Source: Octopus sinensis
Taxonomy: Eukaryota
Direction: 5' to 3'
Assembly: GCF_006345805.1 (NCBI RefSeq)
Contig: NC_042998.1
Coordinates: 199,764,001-199,828,000 of the forward strand
DNA length: 64,000 bases
The notes beneath the pieces were generated by a model. It did no database searches. It was not told where the DNA came from and worked only from the letters and a program-made list of their open reading frames with translations. Positions 10,291 to 24,074 of this stretch are shown here, in pieces. The position numbers and the translations under genes were made by a program. The stretch's first letter is position 1; the number at the start of each line of letters is the position of its first letter.

Positions 10291-12081
10291 ATGTTTCCTG
10301 TGCGTAATATTAAACAAATGCATTTTTAAAATTTTATTTCTACGATGACACATATCAGGGAAAACATATTCTGGGAATAATGTGGTGGTGGTACTGACGA
10401 AGGCAAGGACGGTAACCACCGTGGCAATGACGATGGTCATGGACGCGTATGGTTTTGATGGTGATGATGATGACGATGATAAAGGTAATAATAATGATGA
10501 GGAGGAGGATAATAAGGATTGCGATGCTGCTGATAACGAGTGTTTTGTTGGTCATAGTGTAGCCTGAGAAGGAACATAAAGTATACGGTAGAAACAAACA
10601 AAAAAAAACCCCCAAAAGTATTTAAAAAAACAATAGGAAATATCGCCAGAAGAGATCAGAAAACGAAAAACGATACAAATATAGGCATACAGAAAATGGA
10701 AGAAAAATGGAAACTGGATTAAGAAGGGGGAGATGGAAGAGGAGGGGGCAGAGAATGAAAAGAAGACATTCTCGGAAAATAAAAACAAATTATTTGGGAA
10801 AAGAAATCAATAAATCTAAAAGAGCAAAATCTTCTCATCTAAGACATCCCTCATCGAAATACAGAAAATATTGAAATAAGGAAACATCAACAGAATTAAA
10901 CTGGAATAAATGAAGCTGTAAATTTGTGGATAATGGAAGCTCTATTCACGCCATGATGAGAGGCATTGTAATAGATCTCCTTGATTGGGAGATAGCTGTT
11001 GCTTATCCCATAAATCTTTATTTTACAGATATGCTTACATATGCCTTGCCATTGCCCATTAACTCGTTGATGGAACCGGAGGACAACCGGCTTCATATAC
11101 GATATGATCTCTATCAGAGTCCACCGATTAATTGTACTGAGCACATCTGATTTCTTTCAGAAGGAGCAAAAAGAGGGACGCAGAAGGAAAGAATAACAGA
11201 GCGAGAGGAATCCATCTCAGTGCTTAAATGGTATATAATTTATTGATCTCGAATGGATGAAACGTAAAGTTGGTCTTAGTGCGTTTTGAAATGAAATACA
11301 ATCTGATGATCAAAAGACAATCAGTGTTCGACTTATTTCTACATCTATGTAAAGAAAGGCGAGGTTATGCGTATCTCTGTCACTTTCTCTCTCTACCGCT
11401 AATTCTCATTTACTTTGCGGTGATAAGTGGTTTATGAATATAAATAATCTAAAGTTTAAAAAAAAAACCATGAATATGCATGAGATAAAGAAAGTGGGGG
11501 AGAGAGAGAGTGGGAAGAAATAGAAGAAATAAGGAACAATATAAATAAAATGGTTTAAGCTAAGAGCAAATCGTGTTGGGCAAAACATAAAGCAAAAACA
11601 AATACTCCGGACGTGAGGTGAGAAATTAGCAACAACACCTGAACAGAGCGAGTGAAGAAACAGAGACGAATAAGATGAAATAAAATAACATGTTTCTTGG
11701 TAATGAAATTGATTTACCTGGAGGAGGTGGTTACAAGTATTGCTTTTATAGAAACAATTGTTTGTACTCTGGTCGTTAGGACTAAAAGCAAGAAGCGGGA
11801 AAGAGATAGAGAGAAAGAAATGAGAGAGGGAAAAGAGAGAGTGAGACAGAGACGAATAAATAAAAAAAATGGTTTTATGTGAAAACGGGAAAAATCAACA
11901 TAGGAAGAAAGATGTCTCTAATCCACGATTAAAATGAAATTAGGTAAAATATAATGGTTGTTGGTTAAAGCGGGTAAGAAACTTTAGTTATCGAGTCGAG
12001 CTGATCACATGTATTGCCATCATGGTGAGAGAAATATTTTTACTCAGACCGTTGGAACTAAAACAAGACAAAGCAGCGTGT

Positions 12082-12084
<3 letters not shown>

Positions 12085-12153
<69 letters not shown>

Positions 12154-12180
12154 GACAGAGACAGAGAGAGAGAAAGAGAA
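12085..12180. repeat. (AG)n microsatellite
   Basis: Directly visible. Confidence 0.95.
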
Positions 12181-12974
12181 AGGGTGAGAGGGTGGGGAAA
12201 ATGGGACGTAGGGATAAAAAGAGCAGCACTTACGATCTGAGTTCAAATAAGTGCCGGCCGAAAACTGTGCTCAGTGCACTCGAATTAGCCCCATTCTCTT
12301 CAAAATTACTGGCTTGACTCAAAATTAGAAACAAATATTTCTTCTTGTTATTATCATTAATATCATTGAAATTATTGTCAACATTATTATGATTGACAAA
12401 ATTATTATTATTAGTGCAAATTTATCAGAAGAAATTTGTTGTTAATGCAACAATCATCCAGTATATTTTTTCTACACAGTTTTTCTAAATTCGAATGAAA
12501 TAGAACCTTGCGCTTAGCCTCACTTATCCCCAAAATCTGTAGTGCATAATGAACACTAAATGTATGCATGTATGTATGCATGTATGTTCGTATGTATATA
12601 TGTGCGTTTGTATATATGCATATGTGTATTTCTTTGTATGTAGGTATGTATATATATGCATTTGCATATAAGTATATGTGTGTTTTTGTGTATGTATTTT
12701 GTTAATAACTTAAAATCTTCGTCTAAAGAACAAGCTAGTTTCGAAAAAAGACCAGTCTCCATCATTGGAACGAAGATAACGAAAGCAAAGTCGCATTTTA
12801 AACTTGAAAAAAGACTTGCATAATTTTACTGTTGCTTTACAGATTTTATTTGTATGTGCGAAGCAGCTGGTTGATATCTTTTTCTGAAAATCTAAGTTCA
12901 TCCAGACTGACAGTTAGGCATTTACTTATGTATGTATGCACGAATGTATGTATGTGTGTATGTATGTATTCGGA

Positions 12975-13400
12975 AATGGAACTTTGGGTAGGGAGTTCCT
13001 GGGTTTTGAGGAATGTGGAACCACTGGTTAGGCAGTATTGTTACTAGGTCTTCCTTGACCCGGAGTTGTAACTACTCAGTTGTTATTACCCAGGTATGTG
13101 TTGATGAACCATCTGAGCGCATGTACGCAGAATTACACTTGGCTGGTGTCAGGACATGTAATGAGGAATCTCCCAGCTTTGTCACAGCATCTGACCTCAG
13201 TCTGACACTAGATACTAATCATGGAGAGTCATGGCGGTACTTGTGTTATACAAACGTTTATTACTATCATTCAATGACGTAGAGGTTCCTCTTAATCGCT
13301 ACTTCATTTGTTGTTTGATCAACTGAAGCTCCTTTGACGAAGGAAGGGTCGTGACATGTGCAGAACCAACCAGCTGGAAGAGTACGATAAGTTCCACCCC
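12975..13400 (-). mobile_element. CR1/L2-like LINE RT C-terminal fragment, decayed
   Basis: Minus-strand translation ends in ...RNSLPK, resembling the CR1 WNSLP motif. Multiple stops and frameshifts. Confidence 0.45.
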
Positions 13401-13734
13401 GGCTGTGTTTGAACTCAGGCCCCCGCCTTGATGCTACAGAAATATTTGTTTCAAATTGTGGAACTAGGCCAGCAATTTTGGAGGAAGAGGTTAGTAAATT
13501 ACATCAATCCTAGTTCTCAAATGCTACTTATTTTATCGAACTCGAAAGGATCAAGAGCAAAGTCGACCTCGGTAAAATTAAAAATCAGAACTTAATAATG
13601 GATACAATGCCACTAAGCATTTGTGCAGCGTGCTAGCGATTCAGCCACTTCTCCGATTTCTTGTTTAAATATCAATGATGCTTATGTAGGAATATGTAGT
13701 AATATAGTATTTATAATATATTTGACTTACGAAT

Positions 13735-14150
13735 GCGGCGAGGTAGCAAACATTTTAGCACGCTGGGCGAAATACTTAGCAGTATTTCGTCTGCCGTTAC
13801 GTTCTGAGTTCAAATTCCCCCGAGGTCGACTTTGCCTTTCATCCTTTCGGAATCGATAAATTAAGTACCAGTTATGCCCTGGAGTCGATGTAATCGACTT
13901 AATCCCTTTGTCTGTCCTTGTTTGTCTCCTCTATGTTTAACCCCTTGTGTGCAATAAAGAAATAAGAAACGATAGCATGCCAGGCGAAATATCGTCTGTC
14001 TTACGTTCTGAATTCGAATTCCGCCGAGGTCGGCTTTGCCTTTCATCCTTTCCTGGTCGATAAATGAAGTACCAGCTGCTGGAGTCGATTTAAACGACTG
14101 ACTCCCGCCCCCAACTTTCGGGCTTTGTGCCTAGAGCAGAAAAGAATATA
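13735..14150 (+). mobile_element. Two tandem SINE family D copies (tRNA head; central core resembling the Meta-SINE domain)
   Basis: GTTCTGAGTTCAAATTC B-box region plus GCCTTTCATCCTTTC...GTCGATAAAT.AAGTACCAG core. A further minus copy lies at ~13478-13640. The Meta-domain resemblance is from memory, not alignment. Confidence 0.7.
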
Positions 14151-14639
14151 TTTCACTTAGGTCTGTGAAGGGTATTAACGCAGGCAGGATAAAAACTATG
14201 GCCACATATCAAGGAATAGAAATAAATCCGCAGATTCTTAAATTGAGTTTCCAAACAATAATAATGGAGAATACATTGTAACAAAGAAGGAAGATGGAAG
14301 AAGGAAAAATGAATATATTAGCATTAGCTAATGAAGTGTATTTTCCTATATAAATTTCGTTATTATTAGCATTAAAAAGCAAACTACTTAATGTTTAATT
14401 AATAATGAATAAGACTGTAGCAGCTATTATAATTAAAGCTATTAATTGTATTTACTAACATATTTATTGTTAATTATTAAATTAAATATTAATTACTGCC
14501 GTTTAGTTTGTGTGCAATTAATATATTCAATAAACTGTAATATTCTAAGCGTAAAAAATCGGTAACAATCTTCATAATAAGAATTAACTTAATGTGCTTA
14601 AGATATAGTGCCAATTATTCAAATTAAACTAAATTACGT

Positions 14640-14880
14640 GTAAGACGTCCTGTGGGGTCATCTTACACGCAATTCTTCGGATTTGTTAAAAAGGTATTTC
14701 CCACATTGGAAGATCTGGAAAATTTCCATGCAACAGAGGGAGAAACTGTAGCGATCATCGCTGAACAGCATAGCGTGTCTAATAATGGACCAAGAAATTT
14801 CATAATCATTGCACACTTTCCCTAATTCCCACATTTTTGCCGTTAATGAAGCTGATTTAGTCTTGTTCAATGTTATTATA
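14640..14880 (-). mobile_element. Penelope-like element ORF C-terminal fragment (post GIY-YIG region)
   Basis: SLTAKMWELGK...YEISWSIIRHA...SLCCMEIFQIFQ...LFNKSEEL resembles the PLE C-terminal pattern W.L...Y.I.WSI...C.LC..EK...LNKRSEL. Confidence 0.6.
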
Positions 14881-15231
14881 ATTCCTTGCTTCCCTCATTC
14901 AAAATACAAACTTGCATAATATTTCATTACACAATTGTGAGAAATATGTAAAGGATATGTGTAGCAGTAAGCCTCAAAAATCTATTTCTTTAATTCTATT
15001 TTTCACTGTAAGTTACACCATATTAAAATGTACCAATTATTCTTTTGATACATAGGTGGATTTTCAGGACATCCGACTGCTAAAAAACAATGCTAAAAAT
15101 AAACACTGTTTCAAATCTGTACAGGCTACCTATCTAGTGATTAAATTACCTTCGATATTCGGAGTAATCACTCTTGCCAAAAAAAGACGCGCGATGTTCT
15201 AATTAATATATTTGTAATATACATACATACA

Positions 15232-15340
<109 letters not shown>

Positions 15341-15536
15341 ATTGTTTCAATGTTTACAAATCATATGGGAAAAAATTAAGAAATAGTTACGAAGGTAGCA
15401 AAAATTCACACAAGTACCGAGAATGAAACAGCCTACTTATCAAGGTAGAAATTCCAAGTTTTGGTGAAATGCTTTTGAAAAATATTGATTAATAAATAAG
15501 TCGAGTGAAACGCAGGTGTTATTCAAATCTTTTTAC

Positions 15537-15622
15537 TTCCGACATAAGTTTCCAAGTAAACATTGGTATTGTTCCACAAGAAATAAAATGATGTGAAACA
15601 ATGCAATTACCTCATCAGGGAA
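15537..15622 (-). ncRNA. Type I hammerhead ribozyme with long stem II
   Basis: UUCC-CUGAUGA-GGUAA..CAUUG...CAAUG..UUACU-G-GAAA-CUUAU-GUC-GGAA. Confidence 0.65.
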
Positions 15623-16208
15623 AGAAAGAAACCAAGCACATCAATAAGACATTTTAACAGAATGTGATGACTGCGTATATAATGAAGGGAAAGCTAGCAA
15701 TGTTTTAAACCATTAGTAAATATAACGTCAAAGGTAGTTTATAGAAAGAGAAGGAGGAAAAAGAAAGAAATTAGAAGAAAACTAATAGTGGAGAGATATA
15801 AAGCGATGAATGAATAGGAAGAAAGCTTAAAGACTTGGAAGTAGATATATTTAGTGGAAGTGAAATGTAAGAAGGCAGTCAAAGGTCGAATTATATAGAA
15901 TGGTAGAAATCACTTATAGAAACTAAGGGAATGTTTTTGCCAATGTTTGCAACGATAAACGCGCTCAGTAAACGTGGTTACAAGAGGATTCTCTGAGAAC
16001 TAGATGAAATATATTTCATCATTACAAAGCGGACAAAAATATTTACCGTTATCAAATGGAAATGATATAGATAGAATATTCTATTCCAAATGAAATTGTT
16101 TATGATTCTTTAGATACGAAATTAATTTACTAAGCCCAGTATTGTTACGTTTATTGATATATCTAAATGTCTGTTAAAATGCCATATTTATGTGTTTGGT
16201 TTCTTCCT

Positions 16209-16295
16209 TTTCCTAATGAGAATATTGAATTGTTTTACATCATTTTATACCTTCTGGAATAATACCAATGTTTTCTTCGAAACATGTGTCGGAAG
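16209..16295 (+). ncRNA. Degenerate hammerhead (core CUAAUGA), paralog of 15537-15622
   Basis: Same stem I (UUCC/GGAA) and GAAA-CAUGU-GUC. G5 is mutated to A. Confidence 0.5.
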
Positions 16296-16619
16296 TAACA
16301 AGATTTGAATAACGCCTGCGTTTAACTCAATATATATATATATATATGGCTGATTGAAAGAAATCGGAGAAATCAATAGTGCGTGGAGGTAGCACATGCA
16401 AAGTAATAATAAGACGCTCACAGAAAGAAAGAGTAGTCGTTTTACGTTTCGAGGTTTGCTCTTCTTCGGGAATAGGTGGCATAGGAAAGTTTAGAAGAAA
16501 AGGAACAAGAAGGAATAATCGCCAACCATCAACGTGTAGTTACATTTATTAAATGACTGGAAGTAGATGGACACAGATGGACACAGATGTGTGTGGTTAA
16601 ATTGTGTGTTATTTCTAGC

Positions 16620-19432
16620 TGTAGTTATAGAGGAATCCGTAACTCCAAAACGCGTTTCTCTTGGAGTTATGAATTGAATAATGATCTATTTAACTGCTAC
16701 GAAAAAGCGAAACAAAAACCCACTGTTGGTTATATAAAACAATTGAAATCATATTGGGACGATCTGCATCCAGAATTACTTTACTGCAAAGCAACTACGC
16801 CAATAAGCAAAATTTGTAGAACATAGAAAGAAGGTTAGTAACTGTAACTTTATCAAGATATCTAAAATTAACCTTCTTTCCAAATCTATACGCAAAAATG
16901 AAAACGTGAATGACATAAGACCACCGTGTGGTTTCTCAGTTCGCGACATTCCAACAGATTCTATAGTACCTGCCAGCCAAACTACATTACAGGCTCAAGT
17001 AACTGACCCCTACTACGACTATGGGAAATAGCAGGTACAACCGCAACGATTATTGTAGTAGTAGTGGTAGTGAGGATTATATGCCAATGAAAAGTGACCT
17101 TACTGAAGGTTTCCGAAAAAAACTTTGGTTTGAAGGTCTCTCTCGAGGAAAGATTATTCTCTAGCAAAGTAAGTAAACAAATCACTAGTTACGGTATTAA
17201 AAGCTGTTCACGAAATTGGTAATGAGTATTTATAACAGTGGGATGGGCCCACATACTGGTAGATTAACGCTTCTCTATATGCTCTGTCTGCTACTGTAAA
17301 ACAGTACATGAATTATATTCAAAAAGTAAACAAAACCGAAATAACAAAGAAAGTACCATGATGGGTTTTGAAGACAGAGAAAAAGATAACTTGTTTACGG
17401 AAAACCATCAGTCATGTAATGATACTTATTGCATACAAATAAACAAATCAATATGAGTCCTACCAAGCGAAAGTGAAGAATGTAATAGAAATGATACTTG
17501 AAGACAAAAAAAAGAGGACACTCACTTGTAAACTGATTACCCTAAGCAGGAGGTAAAAGCTGTTTGTGAAAAACTTCGATGTCAGAAGAGAATAACCGAG
17601 AGAAGAACAATAAACAACATTTTTAAACGCAATCAAGCAGCAGCATACAGAGACATGAGAGGAAGAGCAGTAAACGTCACGAAAGCTCCTTCGCGAGAAG
17701 TCATATACTACTTCTGGAGGAAAATCTGGAGTGAAAGAAAGAATTTAACCAAGAAGCTCTGTGTCTGGAAGAAATCCGAAAGAAATATTGATCCTGGGTT
17801 ACATCCAAGACATACAACATTGATGGTGAAACTCTTGCAACTGTGATCCCAAAACTACAAAATGGAAAAGCACCTGGGAGAGTTGTGATTGTTGGATATT
17901 GGTACAGGAAGCTAACATTCTACCGACCATATGCTATCAATGTGTACCAGCAGGCTTTTATTGGAAACAGTAGCGTACCACACTGGTTAGCTCTAGAAGA
18001 AACAAAATTGATCCCCCAAATGTAGAACCACCCACATTGCATGCCGCAACGTAATATATAAAATATATACAACATGTTTAAATCTCTTCCTCCAGGACCA
18101 TTGTGAAACCAATAACATTATTACAACAGAAAAACAAACAGCTGGGAAGAATGGAGTCTGGGTATGTACCGAGCAATTGCTAATCAACAAGACTGTGACG
18201 TTAGAGGTGCGAGAGCATAGGGGGAATCTAGTTTCAATGTGGCTAGACTCCACGAAAGCCTTTGATTCTGTTCCCCGCTCATGGATGCTACAAACCCTTC
18301 AACTTGCTAAAGTTCCAGTGAGAATAATCAAAGCCATACAGTATCGCAGAGGCATATCCCAAGAAGACAGCCTCTCTGTGATGTTGTTTATACTTTCCGT
18401 AAACTCCTTGTCATTCATATTAAGGAAGTTTGAACGATATCTCACTGGTTCACAAGGAAACAGAAATACCAAAATCATATACTGTTTCTATGTGGATGAC
18501 TTAAAACTTTGTACAAAAAATATGCATGAAATGAAAAAGAGCTTTGACCTAGTTAAAACATTCTCAAAGGATGTACTATTGGAGTTTGGTCTGTATAAAT
18601 ATTATATGATTGTGAACACAGGGAGAACTATAAACCAGACTAGTAACATCTCCATTAATGATTTGACTGCCTTCCCTGGATCTGACGAGGAATGTTACAG
18701 GTATCTAGGGGTGGCTGAAAATGTATCTTATAGTTTCACCTGTAACAAAACACGTGTCTCTAAAGAATTTTACAGCGGAATAAAGAAAATGTGGTCCTCA
18801 GAACTCTCTACATTCAATAAAACAGTAGCCCACAATGTCTTCATAGTGCCAGTACTCATACCAAAATTTGGGCTGCTTGATTCGATACTTGATGAGATCC
18901 TTCAGCTGCCTTCCAGGTCTTTGTCTGATAACCCAGAATACATGCCCAAAGAAGTATCACGACTCTACCGTAACGTATCATCAGATGAAAGGATAAGCCT
19001 ATATGAGCAGAATTCTCTACATGGATACGTTAGTAGAAAGCTCCGTGATGATAGTAACATCGATCATCAAAGCAGTTTATCATGGACCAATACCCGGATT
19101 ACTACATCTCACTTTTTAGGGTATGCATTTTTAATCCGTGAACAGCGAATATCAAGCAAGTACCTGATGCACAAAAGGGATAGTGATGCAGGTAAAGCTG
19201 TAAAATGTGACGACCGATGCAGACTTTGTGGAGTTCACACAGAAGTTATCATCGGCAGTTGTGCGAAAATCGTATCACAGTATTATCTACCGATGAGACA
19301 TGATGTTGTAGCTACGACGCTCTATAATGAAATCCGACGGCAGGATAATCCTAAGGACAGAGAAATAACCCACAATATGGTAGAAACTATAGTCACATAT
19401 ACGGATAAGGAATACTGGTGGAATGTAAGCAC
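16620..19432 (+). mobile_element. Near full-length decayed R4/Dong-clade non-LTR retrotransposon (N-terminal region, RT, CCHC knuckle; RLE truncated)
   Basis: N-terminal WSYELNNDLFNCYEKAK...GYIKQLKSYWDDLHPE; domain 0 KAPGRVVIVGYWYRKL; ORF 18177-19448 with WLDSTKAFDSVP, RGISQEDSLS, YVDDLKL, YRYLG and CRLCG..TE..IIGSC....Y..RHD.VA. Confidence 0.9.
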
Positions 19433-19448
19433 AACAGGCCTGATATAA
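18177..19448 (+). pseudogene. 423-aa RT/zinc-knuckle ORF of the R4/Dong element, with internal in-frame deletions
   Basis: RT motifs are present but QGD is changed to QED, and segments are missing relative to the paralog at 36130-36690. Confidence 0.8.
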
Positions 19449-19971
19449 AGATTTGGGATAAAATTTTCCAGAAGTTTACCATTTAAATATATATGAGCAT
19501 GTCTAGATATGCAACTATATGCATGAGAATACATACATAAAACAAACAAATCTTCCCATACATAGATACATACATGCATGCATACATCCATGCATACATA
19601 CAAATAAAATTACCGTTGTTGGTGCTGAAATTCCAATGAAGGATACTAAATTAGAAACTAGTTCTTCCTCCATTGCCGAGAAATCTTGAAATAAACTGAA
19701 TAATGACATACGTACACATGCATATTTATATACATACACGCATGCATGTTTATATATGTTCACGCATATGTGCCTTCGCACAAATATACATACGTCTATA
19801 CAAACACATGAAGATAAAAGATTTTGTTTCTTCCTGTTTTTCTATCTCTCTGGTCACACCTATTTGGATTAGAGAGAGGCGTGGCATGGCCTAGATGTCC
19901 ATGGTATGTTAATTTCTCTTATTTGCTATTTTATGTAGCATGAAAAATTATTTGTATTTTTCATATTTTCT

Positions 19972-20081
19972 TTTCTTCTTCTTCTTCTTCTTCTTCTTCT
20001 TCTCTTCTTCTTCTTCTTCTTCTTCTTCTTCTTCTTCTTCTCTTCTTCTTCTTCTTCTTCTTCTTCTTCTTCTTCTTCTTC
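19972..20081. repeat. (CTT)n microsatellite (tail of adjacent SINE)
   Basis: Directly visible; abuts the 3' end of the minus-strand SINE C. Confidence 0.95.
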
Positions 20082-20473
20082 GTTTCAGTCATTTGACTGC
20101 GGCCATGCTGGAGCACCGCCTTTAATCGAGCAACTCGACCCCGAGACTTATTCTTTTGTAAGCCCAGTACTTATTCCATCGGTCTCTTTTGCCGAACCGC
20201 TAAGTAACGGGGACATAAACACACCAGCATCGGTTGTCAAGCAATGCTAGGGGGACAAACACAGACACACAAACACATACACACATACATATATATATAT
20301 ACATATATACGACGGGCTTCTTTCAGTTTCCGTCTACCAAATCCACTCACAAGGCTTTGGTCAGCCCGAGGTTATAGTAGAAGACACTTGCACAAGGTGC
20401 CACTGCAGTGGGACTGAACCCGGAACCATGTGGTTGGTAAGCAACTCACTTACCACACAGCCACTCCTGCGCC
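20082..20473 (-). mobile_element. tRNA-derived SINE family C, full length, with internal (AT)n/(GT)n
   Basis: Head GGCGCAGGAGTGGCTGTGTGGTAAG...GGGTTCAGTCCC; tail GGTGCTCCAGCATGGCCGCAGTCAAATGACTGAAAC. Confidence 0.9.
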
Positions 20474-20506
<33 letters not shown>

Positions 20507-20954
20507 CGTAGTAGACGAAGCAGGGGCAGCTGAAGAAGGGGAATATTCCTTGTGTTGTATGTCTTGTACTACGTTGTTTGAAAAAAGTCCGTTTCCATGG
20601 TCTTGTTTTTATGTTTTCGTTTCTCATTGTTTTCAACGCTTTTTTGGTGTCCTGTACCCATATATACATGTATATATACATATAGATGTAGGTATGTACA
20701 CATATGTATGTATATATGAATATGTTTTATTTATTATTTTGTTATGATATATATATATATATATATAATTAATAAATAAAATAATATATAAATACAAAAA
20801 TATACATACATATATATATAAATATAAAATTTGTAAGTTTAAATTATTTAAATAATTTTTTATTTTTATCTTTTATATTTTTAAATTAATATTATGTATT
20901 GGCTTAAGTTTTTCACTGTTTGATTTGCCTAATAGTGGTTTTATCTCTAATTTA

Positions 20955-21007
<53 letters not shown>

Positions 21008-21789
21008 GTATGTATGAATATGGAGGTTTTTTACAACCGCTGTTCTATTTTTACGGGACACTGCTGAGAGGTGAGCGAGGCTGCATGAAATTACTACGAG
21101 TATATTGTAAATATTTCAGTATTTTGTAGAATTGCGAACATGTCAGGAAAAAAAAATACCATACTTATTTTCTCTGTGTGAAGTATTAGCATTCATATTA
21201 TTTGGTTCGTATTCGGTGCATTAGCCCCATTCTGGGGTTGCTGCGTCACGTCGTACTACGGCCCAATATCAGCTTGATTTTTAGTTAAAAGACGCATTTT
21301 ACTGAGCTTTTTTTGGAACATGTATACCAATAGCAATGTATCTGCACACATACACACGCACACACACACACACACACGTACAAGGACACACACATACACA
21401 CATATAATATAATATTATCTAATATAAAATAATATTTTATTATATTATATATGTATGAATGTATGAATCGTCATATATACATAATAGAAGAGAGAAAAAG
21501 ACAGTGAAGTATGCGTGAATACAGACACATACACACACACACATACATACACGCACGCATGCACGATTGGACACACAGATGAATGTATTATATTACGTTG
21601 CTATCAATTCTAATATGTATTAAACAAAATAATTTTTTTCAAAAGCAACAAAGGTTCAGACACAAACACAGGATGAACGTAAATAACAACACAAATTGAA
21701 AACAGCGGGAAAACATGTCTAGAACACATAAAGAGCTAAAGAACTGCAAAAAATAAATGGCATATTTGCAACAAATATACATGTGTGCA

Positions 21790-21864
21790 TACATATAATG
21801 ATATATATATATATATTATATTATATATGTACTTTATATTTTATATATATTAGTATACATATAT

Positions 21865-21939
<75 letters not shown>

Positions 21940-22011
21940 CCAATATATTATATATATATATAATATATATTATTATATATATAATATATATATATATATA
22001 CCAAATATATT

Positions 22012-22053
<42 letters not shown>

Positions 22054-22066
22054 TATATATATATAT
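21790..22066. repeat. Degenerate (AT)n microsatellite
   Basis: Directly visible. Confidence 0.95.
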
Positions 22067-22534
22067 ACCATGTATATACTATTCACACACATACACATAT
22101 ACACAATCACACACATACACATATGTTATTATATACACAATCACACACATACACATATGTTATTATATACACGAACTCATACACAATGGTAATTATTGAT
22201 ATAGACAGAGATATTCGTATGCATTGTAATCTACAGAATCGCTAAACTTTAGAAACGATGAAAGGCAATATTTATAAGCAAATCAACAGATAATAGAATG
22301 AAATGAAATATCATAATGAACTGCCAGTTAACAATGTAGTAGCGCAGGAATACACGCATAGAGACATATTTACATAGGAGCAGACAAAAACCGCAGAAAC
22401 AGTCATATATTCCAACAAATACACATATTATAAATTATATTTAAATGTTCTTTTTAATTCCTTTTAATATCTGAAATATTTAACTCATACCACAACCTTT
22501 TCGGAACCATGTACATATGCATACCTGCAAACCT

Positions 22535-22609
<75 letters not shown>

Positions 22610-22618
22610 CATATATAT

Positions 22619-22680
<62 letters not shown>

Positions 22681-22740
22681 ATGTCGGTTTGTGTGTATAT
22701 GCACACATACATACCTATGTATGTATGCATAAATATTTTG

Positions 22741-22779
<39 letters not shown>

Positions 22780-22879
22780 TAGGTAATTTAATATACATAC
22801 AGATGCACATACACATACGGGCATATACGTACATGTGTAACTAAACTTACCAGCACGTATATGTACCTATATAAATGTC

Positions 22880-22881
22880 TG

Positions 22882-22978
<97 letters not shown>

Positions 22979-23000
22979 TTATCTATTTATCTATCTATCC

Positions 23001-23042
<42 letters not shown>

Positions 23043-23064
23043 TTATCTATTTATCTATCTATCC

Positions 23065-23100
<36 letters not shown>

Positions 23101-23136
23101 GTCTATCTATCTATTTATCTATTTATCTATCTATCC

Positions 23137-23225
<89 letters not shown>

Positions 23226-23250
23226 ATTTATCTATTTATCTATCTATATA
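22880..23250. repeat. (CTAT)n microsatellite, ~370 bp
   Basis: Directly visible. Confidence 0.95.
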
Positions 23251-24074
23251 CGTATATGAGTGTGTGCGTGGTGTCAGTGAGTGTGTGTGTGTGTGTGTGT
23301 GTGTTTGGTCTAATAAATATAATAAATATACGTATTTATGTAATAAATATATATACATAATAATTTGTATGTATGTATACTATATAATTTCGACGCCAAA
23401 TTCCAGTCGTCTCTGAAATACAAATCTTAGATTTGCACAATAAGAATCTCTACTGTGTTCCTGTTGACAAACTTGCTATGTACAATATAAGACACAGACA
23501 GTAAGTCGCGTCATGTTATATAAACGAGTTTCTGTCTGAATATGTCTCTTTGTGTATATGTGTATCTCTGTGTTTGTGTATATGTGTATGTCGGTTTGTG
23601 TGCATATGCACACATACATACATACGTATGTATGTATGTATGCATAAATATTTTGATATAAATATCGATATATATATATATATATATAATTACGTATACG
23701 CACCTACATATATGTGTACGAGTGCGCGTATTTGTAATCACACATGTTAATAAAAACATATACATACACATAATTATATATAAGTGTGTACATGCATATG
23801 TATATATACATACACACACATATATATATAAGGTGTATATGTAATTTTAATTATTAGTTTCTTCATATATGCAGAAAAGAAACGCAATCGTACGAGAGCT
23901 AAGCATAATATAGTAAACAAAGGAGCTATACGTGTGCCATTTGAAGTTCCATGCGCATGTAATCAGACAGAACTATTTTACCTAACTTGTGCGATAGTAC
24001 ATCCTTCAGGATCGAATGAGTCATTGTTCAACCTACTTTAGCCTTTCTCCCTTTCGACAACCTTATCTATATTA

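Larger units (their letters stand above)
15500..16330. mobile_element. 5'-truncated PLE: inverted pLTR, decayed ORF remnant, pLTR
   Basis: ~95-120 bp inverted repeats at ~15505-15622 and ~16209-16325, each containing an HHR. The interval has weak GIY-YIG-like translation (NYIE..KSL). Confidence 0.55.

Noticed and set aside
9727-10440. 237-aa minus-strand ORF rich in Val/Ala
   Set aside because: It is the translation of the (ACC)n/(GCC)n tract, which lacks stops in that frame; no domain signal.
21200-21330. CGTCA/CCAAT-containing CpG patch as a promoter
   Set aside because: Motifs are short and there is no associated gene or exon evidence.
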